Shown: positions 1 to 5,529, numbered from the stretch's first letter. The stretch is DNA of 5,681 nt from an uncultured Erysipelotrichaceae bacterium (GCA_964457525.1 CAYWGS010000099.1:1-5681), one strand, 5' to 3'. Numbers and translations are program-made. Notes: generated by a model from the letters alone, not told the origin.

Positions 1-12
1 CCCGAAGGCTTC
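1..12 (-). terminator. Possible 5' half of a terminator hairpin immediately after the stop codon, truncated by the window edge.
   Basis: The minus strand after the TAA reads GAAGCC-UUCG-GG, then the window ends. This would fit a GAAGCC/GGCUUC stem with a UUCG tetraloop. The 3' arm and any U-tract lie outside the window. Confidence 0.25.
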
Positions 13-3000
13 TTATAAGCGAATAAGTGTTTCGAACGAATCATCGATTCCTTCTGGGATTGTGACTGAATGAACAATTTGCCCATTTAATTGGAAGTTA
101 ACTGTTACAGCGCCACAATGTTTTGCTAAACGTTTATAGAATTCAACTTGGATTGTTTGAAGGTTGACCATGTCTTTATCATTCAATTCTACCAACATTG
201 TCTTTTCATCTGGTTTAGCTAAACGTCTGCGAATTACTTTTTGGTTATTTGATCCATCTGTTAAGGTGTATTTCATGTTAGGTCTTAAGAAGGCAAGTAA
301 CCAAGCAAGGATACCAGCTAGTGCTGCAATTAACCATGAGAACCAGTCAAATGGTAATGCGACTAGAGGTGTTTCTTCTTCTGGAACTACGATGATTTCT
401 TCTTCAGAAACATTGATTGTGTAAGTACCCGTATTCGAATCATCCGTACCATCGTTTGCGATGAATGTGAAGCTATCACTACCATTGAATCCATCATTTG
501 GAGTATAGGTAAAGCTTCCATCAGGATTGAATACGATTGTACCATTGTTAGGGCCATCTATTAAACTATAAGTTAATGCATCTCCATCCGCATCGCTACC
601 AGATACTGCTCCAGTAATTGGAGATTCGAATCCAGTAGTACTTGTTCCATTAATTACAACTGGAGGAGTATTTCCTGCAGGAGGTGGAGGCGTTGGTAAA
701 CCAATAATTGTGATTGTTACGAGGGCATTCGATGTACTTGTTCCATCAAATACTTCAAATAAGAAACTATCACTGACACTTGGTCCACCATTGTGTACAT
801 AGGTGAATGAACCATCTACAGCAAAGACTAAGCTACCATTTGCTGGACCGGTTAATAAGCTAAATACTAATGGGTCATTTTCTGGATCAGTAGCTGTTAC
901 GGTTCCGCCTAATGTACCACCAGTAAGAACTGTTAAAGCTTGTCCGATCGCAACTGGAGATTGATTAATAACTGGAGCAGCTAATACTGTGATTGTAACA
1001 GTTGCGGTAGATGTTAATTGACCATCTGTAACACTGAATACAAAGGAATCACTAAGTGTAGCTGAACCATTGTGTGTATAAACATATCCACCAGTTGGAC
1101 TAATAGTAACACTACCATTAGTTGCAGGAGTTAATAAACTAAAGGTTAAGGCATCCGCTGGAACATCGATATCAGAAGCAGTTACGCTACCTGTACTTGT
1201 ACCAGCATTAACAACTGTGAAGGCTAATGGATTTGCTACAGGAGCATCGTTGACAGGCGTAACTTCAATGACTACAGTCACGATGTTTGAATCCAATACA
1301 CCATCATTAACATAGTAATCAAAGGAGTCAGTACCAACAAAGTTCAAGTTAGGTGTGTATGTAAATGAACCATCTACACCAAGAATTAATGAACCATTCG
1401 TTGTATCTTTATCAAGAATGACTGTTGTTGCATCCCCATCGTTATCACCATCGTTATACATGATACCTGGAGCAGGAATGATTAATGTTGTATCTTCAAC
1501 GGTTGAGTAACCATCGCCAAGTGCATATGGTGCATCATTTTGAGGAATGATATTAATTGTAACGACTGCTAATGCACTACCATTTAGTAAATCTCTTACT
1601 CGGTAGATAAATGTATCAGTTCCTGTAGCATTCAAATTAGGAGTATAAGTAAATGTACCATTGAGGTTGAGATTTACTGTACCCTTAGTTGGTTCTCCTC
1701 CTGGGAGGAGTGTAGCAAATAGAACTATACTATCTACATCTGAATCATTAGCTAATACGCCAAGACTATACGAATTAATTGTTAAAGTCTGATCTTCATT
1801 TGTAGAATAAACATCATCAACAGCAACTGGATTATCATTAACTGGTTTTACAAGAATACCAACTGTTGCTGTATCACTACCGCCCTTACCATCACTAATT
1901 GTATAAGTAAAGCTTGCGAGTCCAAAGAAATTAGGTACTGGTAAGTATGTAAATTGATTACCTACTAGAGTTAATAATCCAGAACTTGGTTGTGTAAATC
2001 CAGTGATGGTTAACGCATCATAATCTGGATCAGAATCATTGTCGAGTAAATCTTCTATTGTGAATAATAATATATTGTCTTCATTAATAGAGAAACCATC
2101 ATTGTCTGCATCTGGTTTATCATTTACTGAAGCAACATTAATCGTTACTGTTGCAGTTGAGTATGCACCAAACGAATCAGTTACTTTGTATGTAAATGTA
2201 TCGGTACCAAAGAAATTAAGATTTGGACGATATCTAAATGAACCATTTGCATTAAAGTATACGAGTACACCATGCGAAGGGTTTGTTAACTTTGTTGCGG
2301 TTAATGGATTGTTTTCAGGGTCTGAATCATTACTTAAGACACCTGAAGCTGCATTAATCGTAATAACTGTATCTTCATTTGTGTTATAACTATCATCAAC
2401 TGCTACTGGAGCATCATTGACTGATGTGACTGTTATGGTTACCGTCGCTTGATTAGAATCACTTGTACCATCATTGATATGATACTTAAATGTATCTGTA
2501 CCATTGAATCCAGGATTTGGAATATAATCGAAGGATCCATCTGGGTTAAGCGTTAACATACCATTTGTTACATTAACATCGAGCTCTAAGGATAAACTAT
2601 CACCATCATCATCAAAGTCATTGTTCAATACACCAAGAAGTGCATTGACATTGAGTGTCGTATCTTCATTTGTTGAATAATTATCATCTACAGCAACTGG
2701 TACATCATTAGCAGCATTCACTGTAATCGTAACGGTCGCAATATTTGAATCTAATGCACCATCATTCGCATGATAAGTGAAACTATCGGTTCCATTGAAA
2801 TCAGCATCTGGTGTATATGTGAAAGATCCGTCTGGGTTAAGTACTAATGTACCATCACTAACATCGGTATCGAGAACAGCAGTAATTGTATCGCCATCCA
2901 AATCAGTATCATTACCTAAAACCCCTGGCAATAATTCATTAATAGTTCCATCTTCATCAATTGAATAGTTATCATTGACTGCGACTGGTGCGTCATTAAC

Positions 3001-5172
3001 AGCATTCGCTGTAATCGTTACAGTTGCTTGGTTGGAATCCTTATCACCATCATTTACATGATACTTAAATGTATCTGTACCATGGAAGTTCGTATTTGGA
3101 ACATAAGTGAAGGATCCATCTGGGTTAAGTGTTAACGTACCGTTAGATACATTAACATCTAAAGCTAAGGATAAAGTATCACCTTCATCATCAGAGTCGT
3201 TGTTCAATACACCAAGAAGTGCATTGACATTGAGTGTTGTATCTTCATTTGTTGAATAAGTATCATTTACTGCAACTGGTGCATCATTGACTGGTAATAT
3301 ATCAATAAGCACGATAACAGTAATCGATTCTGTGTGAGAATCTGTTACCTTATAGGTAAATGAATCAAATCCAACATAATCTGGATTAGGTGAATAAATA
3401 AATGAACCATCTCCAAAGAATGAGAGAGTACCATTGGTTGTTGCATTTACGAGTATTGCAGTTAATGGATCTCCATCGTTATCAAAATCATTTAATAACA
3501 CACCTGGCAAGATACCTAATAATACGGTGTCTTCATATCCTGTATATGCATCCGCAACAGCAACTGGGGCATCATTTACCGAGTTAACTATAATTGTTAC
3601 TGTTACGATACTTGAGCTACCATAACCATCATGAACAAAATATTTAAATGTATCTGTGCCATGGAAGTTAGGATTTGGTATATAAACGAATGATCCATCT
3701 GGGTTAAGCGTCAACATACCATTTGCTACATTAGTATCTAATATAGCAGTTAATGGATCACCATCTATATCTGAATCATTATGTAACACACCTAGCGTTG
3801 AATTAACATTAAGTGTTACATCTTCGTCAGTTGTATAAATATCATCATGAGCTACAGGAGCATCTTTCACTTCTCTAACAGTGATGGATACTAGAGCTGT
3901 ATCTCCTCCATTGATTGTATAAATAAAACTATCATTACCAAAGAAGTTTGGTGTTGGAATATATTTTAGTGTTCCATCATGATTATCTGTAACAGCACCA
4001 TGACCTGGTTGAGTAAAGCCTGTAATCGTAATTGGATCACCATCAACATCCACATCATTCCCTAATACGCTTATATTTATCGGTTGATCTTCATTTGTTG
4101 ATTCAACATCATCATTAGCGATTGGTAAATCATCCTTCGCAACCACTTGGATAGTGATTGTTCCTGGTAAAGAATATTCAAATCCATCAAATACTTTAAA
4201 TGTAAATGAATCAGATCCATTAAAATTTGGATCAGGTGTATAGATTAGATTAGGAGCAGTTCCACTTATTGAACCATGAGATGGTGTTCCTACATCTGAA
4301 AAGCTAAGCACATGACCGTCCGCATCCGATCCACTTAAAACAATATTCAATGCAGTATCTTCATTTGTAGTTAATGATTGATCAATTGCGACTGGTCTTG
4401 CATTTAGGGTTGTTACAGTCACAGTAGCGGAATCAGTAATACCAAGATAATCACCTGTTGCAGTATTATTCACGGTATGTACTCCAGCCACACTACCTGA
4501 TTGAATTGATCGAGTATAGGTTACAGAACCTGTATTTGTAAAGGTCCATGGACCTACTCCAACAAATGAATCAGTAACGATTAAAGAACCATTATTAGTT
4601 GTTGGTGTTCCTAAGTCTGTAACAGATGGTGATTTACCTTCATAAACATCGGATCCTAGAATTGGATTTAAACGAATGTTTACTTTCAATGGTAATAAAC
4701 CACTTGGTAAAGGACCATTAGTAGAATATAATAATTGATACGTCTTTGTGAGTGTCTGATTTTTATCAATAACGACACCCGTTTCAACAGTAGTCCAATC
4801 AATGATTGGGGAGCCACTAGGCTTTACAATCTTGGCATCCACATCAAATGTTGTACCCCAATGATCACTATCATTCGTAATTTTGACCTCAAATTCAAAA
4901 GTCAAGCTATGACTCTCTGATTTAGTCGCTGTGATAGTATAAGTAACATTTTGGCTTGTGCCAATTGGCAAACTTAAAGTAGGTTTATTAACCGATTTAT
5001 CAATTGCCCAAGTATTATCAATATGATAATCCCCTGTTACTTGAAATTTATTAATCTTTATATTTAAATCTGCATATGTGGCATTTACTAAAACACCTAA
5101 ATTTGGCGTTCGATCAACAAGTAGTAGCAACATTAAACCTATCCTTGCCAATCGGTTGAGTAAGTTCTTCAT
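13..5172 (-). CDS. Giant surface protein (1,719 aa) with 14 tandem ~95-aa cadherin-like / VCBS-type ('tandem-95') repeats. Putative Ca2+-dependent adhesin anchored by a C-terminal TM helix.
   Basis: Uninterrupted 1,719-codon ORF. The ATG at 5172..5170 lies 6 nt downstream of GGGAGGG, and the TAA stop is at 15..13. The translation is periodic, with repeat consensus VNDAPVAxDDxYxTxEDxxLxV..GVLxNDxDxDGDxLT......NGTLxLNPDGSFTYTPNxNFxGTDxFTYxxxDGxxxSNxATVTITV. This is typical of bacterial cadherin-like/VCBS tandem-repeat adhesins. The adhesin function is inferred from architecture only. Confidence 0.9.
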   Translation of the reverse strand: MKNLLNRLARIGLMLLLLVDRTPNLGVLVNATYADLNIKINKFQVTGDYHIDNTWAIDKSVNKPTLSLPIGTSQNVTYTITATKSESHSLTFEFEVKITNDSDHWGTTFDVDAKIVKPSGSPIIDWTTVETGVVIDKNQTLTKTYQLLYSTNGPLPSGLLPLKVNIRLNPILGSDVYEGKSPSVTDLGTPTTNNGSLIVTDSFVGVGPWTFTNTGSVTYTRSIQSGSVAGVHTVNNTATGDYLGITDSATVTVTTLNARPVAIDQSLTTNEDTALNIVLSGSDADGHVLSFSDVGTPSHGSISGTAPNLIYTPDPNFNGSDSFTFKVFDGFEYSLPGTITIQVVAKDDLPIANDDVESTNEDQPINISVLGNDVDVDGDPITITGFTQPGHGAVTDNHDGTLKYIPTPNFFGNDSFIYTINGGDTALVSITVREVKDAPVAHDDIYTTDEDVTLNVNSTLGVLHNDSDIDGDPLTAILDTNVANGMLTLNPDGSFVYIPNPNFHGTDTFKYFVHDGYGSSSIVTVTIIVNSVNDAPVAVADAYTGYEDTVLLGILPGVLLNDFDNDGDPLTAILVNATTNGTLSFFGDGSFIYSPNPDYVGFDSFTYKVTDSHTESITVIVLIDILPVNDAPVAVNDTYSTNEDTTLNVNALLGVLNNDSDDEGDTLSLALDVNVSNGTLTLNPDGSFTYVPNTNFHGTDTFKYHVNDGDKDSNQATVTITANAVNDAPVAVNDNYSIDEDGTINELLPGVLGNDTDLDGDTITAVLDTDVSDGTLVLNPDGSFTYTPDADFNGTDSFTYHANDGALDSNIATVTITVNAANDVPVAVDDNYSTNEDTTLNVNALLGVLNNDFDDDGDSLSLELDVNVTNGMLTLNPDGSFDYIPNPGFNGTDTFKYHINDGTSDSNQATVTITVTSVNDAPVAVDDSYNTNEDTVITINAASGVLSNDSDPENNPLTATKLTNPSHGVLVYFNANGSFRYRPNLNFFGTDTFTYKVTDSFGAYSTATVTINVASVNDKPDADNDGFSINEDNILLFTIEDLLDNDSDPDYDALTITGFTQPSSGLLTLVGNQFTYLPVPNFFGLASFTYTISDGKGGSDTATVGILVKPVNDNPVAVDDVYSTNEDQTLTINSYSLGVLANDSDVDSIVLFATLLPGGEPTKGTVNLNLNGTFTYTPNLNATGTDTFIYRVRDLLNGSALAVVTINIIPQNDAPYALGDGYSTVEDTTLIIPAPGIMYNDGDNDGDATTVILDKDTTNGSLILGVDGSFTYTPNLNFVGTDSFDYYVNDGVLDSNIVTVVIEVTPVNDAPVANPLAFTVVNAGTSTGSVTASDIDVPADALTFSLLTPATNGSVTISPTGGYVYTHNGSATLSDSFVFSVTDGQLTSTATVTITVLAAPVINQSPVAIGQALTVLTGGTLGGTVTATDPENDPLVFSLLTGPANGSLVFAVDGSFTYVHNGGPSVSDSFLFEVFDGTSTSNALVTITIIGLPTPPPPAGNTPPVVINGTSTTGFESPITGAVSGSDADGDALTYSLIDGPNNGTIVFNPDGSFTYTPNDGFNGSDSFTFIANDGTDDSNTGTYTINVSEEEIIVVPEEETPLVALPFDWFSWLIAALAGILAWLLAFLRPNMKYTLTDGSNNQKVIRRRLAKPDEKTMLVELNDKDMVNLQTIQVEFYKRLAKHCGAVTVNFQLNGQIVHSVTIPEGIDDSFETLIRL
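16..285 (-). other. 90-aa predicted cytoplasmic C-terminal domain of unknown function.
   Basis: Sequence is RPNMKYTLTDGSNNQKVIRRRLAKPDEKTMLVELNDKDMVNLQTIQVEFYKRLAKHCGAVTVNFQLNGQIVHSVTIPEGIDDSFETLIRL. The composition is non-repetitive and mixed charged/hydrophobic, consistent with a small folded alpha/beta domain. It lies after the only TM helix of a signal-bearing protein, so cytoplasmic topology is inferred. Confidence 0.5.
286..366 (-). other. Single C-terminal transmembrane helix (membrane anchor).
   Basis: Residues 1603-1629 are LVALPFDWFSWLIAALAGILAWLLAFL, with a ~20-residue uncharged hydrophobic core. It is preceded by the acidic stalk SEEEIIVVPEEETP. It is followed by a basic stretch, RPNMK and then RRRLAK about 15 residues further on, consistent with the positive-inside rule. 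Confidence 0.75.
397..4401 (-). repeat. Array of 14 in-frame tandem coding repeats (89-100 aa each, mean ~95 aa).
   Basis: Hand-delimited units (nt): R1 4129-4401, R2 3862-4128, R3 3571-3861, R4 3283-3570, R5 2992-3282, R6 2704-2991, R7 2413-2703, R8 2119-2412, R9 1834-2118, R10 1534-1833, R11 1246-1533, R12 961-1245, R13 670-960, R14 397-669. R2-R11 share the (V)NDAPVAxDD...NEDxxL...ND(S/T/F)DxDGD...NPDGSFxYxPNxNFxGTDxFxY core. R1 and R12-R14 form a second class (xGxVxxSDxDGDxLxFSL...GSxxxxxDGSFTYxxN...SDSFxFxxxDG). A Pro-rich hinge GLPTPPPPAGNTPP (661-702) separates R13 from R14. Confidence 0.85.
4402..5070 (-). other. Non-repeat N-terminal head region (~residues 35-257). Beta-rich, function unknown, candidate ligand-binding tip.
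   Basis: Shows alternating polar/hydrophobic T/V/S-rich strands (e.g. NVTYTITATKSESHSLTFEFEVKITN, GSVTYTRSIQSG, DSATVTVTT). It lacks the NDxDxDGD/NPDGSFTY signature of the downstream repeats. I recognise no family motif. Confidence 0.4.
5071..5172 (-). other. N-terminal signal-like sequence (residues 1-34). Cleavage site is uncertain.
   Basis: Sequence is MKNLLNRLARIGLMLLLLVDRTPNLGVLVNATYA|DLN. It has a basic n-region (K2, R7, R10), a hydrophobic core IGLMLLLLV and a possible A-x-A-like site at T-Y-A. The hydrophobic core is short and is followed by D-R, so the type and cleavage position are not secure. Confidence 0.5.
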
Positions 5173-5178
5173 ATAATA

Positions 5179-5185
5179 CCCTCCC
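5179..5185 (-). promoter_or_regulatory. Shine-Dalgarno sequence (GGGAGGG) of the giant gene.
   Basis: The minus strand reads AAAGAAAGGGAGGGUAUUAUAUG. GGGAGGG sits 6 nt upstream of the ATG, a strong Bacillota-type ribosome binding site. Confidence 0.85.
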
Positions 5186-5192
5186 TTTCTTT

Positions 5193-5229
5193 AAAAAAAC
5201 CGGACTATTGCATAGTGCAATTGACCGGT
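5193..5229 (-). terminator. Intrinsic terminator, expression platform of the proximal riboswitch unit.
   Basis: The minus-strand RNA is ACCGGUCAAUUGCA-CUA-UGCAAUAGUCCGGU followed by a U7 run. The outer stem is ACCGG/CCGGU (5 bp) and the inner stem is AUUGCA/UGCAAU (6 bp), with two internal mismatches around one central C-G pair. The U-tract is 5199..5193 and ends ~7 nt before the SD. Confidence 0.8.
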
Positions 5230-5297
5230 CATGATATCCAGAGATATTTTAGACGTCGAACTTTGTGTCCTAAGCTTTCACTTAGTTTACCTTTATA
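5214..5297 (-). promoter_or_regulatory. Cyclic-di-GMP class I (GEMM-I) riboswitch aptamer, proximal unit (boundaries approximate).
   Basis: The minus strand 5291..5221 reads GGUAAAC UAAGU GAAA GCUUAG GAC ACAAAG UUCGACGUC UAAAAUAUC UCUG GAUAUCAUGAC CGGUCAA. It shows the GGYAAAC box, a hairpin capped by a GAAA tetraloop and the ACRCAAAG junction. A second hairpin has a UCUAAA/CAUGA internal loop resembling a tetraloop receptor. The first 33 nt are collinear, without gaps, with the Vibrio cholerae Vc2 aptamer as I recall it. Confidence 0.75.
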
Positions 5298-5336
5298 CTA
5301 CGATATAGTTGTGAATCTGCAGTAGCTTTATAAGAC

Positions 5337-5374
5337 AAAAACCGGTCTACCGCAGAAATTTGCAGTTGACCGGT
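5337..5374 (-). terminator. Intrinsic terminator, expression platform of the distal riboswitch unit.
   Basis: The minus-strand RNA is ACCGGUC-AA-CUGCA-AAUUUC-UGCGG-UA-GACCGGU followed by UUUU. The outer stem is 7 bp. The inner stem is 5 bp and includes one G.U wobble that exists only in the minus-strand transcript. The U-run is 5 nt (5341..5337), shorter than in the proximal unit. Confidence 0.7.
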
Positions 5375-5442
5375 CATGATATCCATCGATACTTTAGACG
5401 TCGAACTTTGTGCCCCAAGCTTTCACTTGGTTTACCTATATT
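5359..5442 (-). promoter_or_regulatory. Cyclic-di-GMP class I (GEMM-I) riboswitch aptamer, distal unit (boundaries approximate).
   Basis: The minus strand 5436..5366 reads GGUAAAC CAAGU GAAA GCUUGG GGC ACAAAG UUCGACGUC UAAAGUAUC GAUG GAUAUCAUGAC CGGUCAA. It has the same motif order as the proximal unit, offset by exactly 145 nt. Confidence 0.75.
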
Positions 5443-5500
5443 GAGACTAAAAATCTACTCAAAATCAATACACAATTATCGTGTTATTCTATGTACCCAT

Positions 5501-5529
5501 ATAATAAACCTTGAAAATCGGACTTGCAA
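5501..5529 (-). promoter_or_regulatory. Candidate sigma-A-type promoter a (TTGCAA-17 nt-TATTAT).
   Basis: The minus strand reads TTGCAA GTCCGATTTTCAAGGTT TATTAT. The -35 is 5529..5524 and the -10 is 5506..5501, which implies a start near 5494, ~50 nt upstream of the distal aptamer. Such matches are common by chance in AT-rich DNA. Confidence 0.3.

Larger units (their letters stand above)
5193..5442 (-). repeat. Tandem direct duplication of a riboswitch unit (aptamer + terminator), period 145 nt.
   Basis: By hand alignment, 5221-5296 and 5366-5441 are identical at 69 of 76 positions. The terminator halves (5193-5220 vs 5337-5365) differ in sequence, but both fold as a hairpin plus U-tract. 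A ~40-nt unique spacer (5297-5336) separates the units. Confidence 0.85.

Noticed and set aside
16-285. PilZ-like c-di-GMP-binding motifs in the cytoplasmic tail (RRRLAK resembling RxxxR, NFQLNG resembling (D/N)xSxxG).
   Set aside because: Both matches are imperfect: K replaces the second R and Q replaces the conserved S. The spacing of ~40 residues is longer than I expect for PilZ. The intervening segment looks helical rather than beta-barrel. The idea is attractive given the riboswitches but the sequence does not support it, so it remains only a test suggestion.
286-408. A C-terminal sorting signal (LPXTG-, PEP-CTERM- or VPxxxP-like), suggested by VVPEEETP followed by a hydrophobic helix and a basic residue, and by ALPFDW.
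   Set aside because: There is no LPXTG. The Pro/Glu motif plus helix is followed by 90 more residues, whereas sortase and exosortase signals sit at the extreme C-terminus. I interpret it as a stalk plus a permanent TM anchor.
164-4920. Six plus-strand ORFs from the track (164..424, 2039..2389, 2777..2968, 3402..3587, 3434..3625, 4735..4920).
   Set aside because: All lie entirely antisense within the 5.2-kb minus-strand CDS. I see no convincing Shine-Dalgarno upstream of any of them. Their translations are low-complexity S/T/V/N-rich strings, as expected from the reverse complement of a repetitive D/N/T/V-rich gene. They are best explained as shadow ORFs.
5071-5172. A SipW/TasA-type signal peptide, because ...GVLVNATYADLN faintly resembles the GGTxAxFxD cleavage region of SipW substrates.
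   Set aside because: The resemblance is limited to 3-4 residues. The preceding D-R-T-P break and the lack of the Gly-rich segment do not fit. I report only a generic signal-like sequence.
5193-5442. The 145-nt direct repeat as a CRISPR fragment, IS/MITE termini or a duplicated tRNA-like element.
   Set aside because: There are only two copies with a non-repeat 40-nt spacer. No terminal inverted repeats, target-site duplications or cloverleaf are present. The internal motifs and compensatory changes fit a GEMM-I aptamer plus terminator far better.
5214-5442. Calling the aptamers cGAMP-selective (GEMM-Ib) variants rather than c-di-GMP sensors.
   Set aside because: Both copies keep a G immediately 5' of the YAAAC box. 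I believe this corresponds to the position whose G-to-A change marks cGAMP-selective variants, but I cannot verify the numbering from memory. c-di-GMP is kept as the default and ligand specificity is flagged for experimental test.
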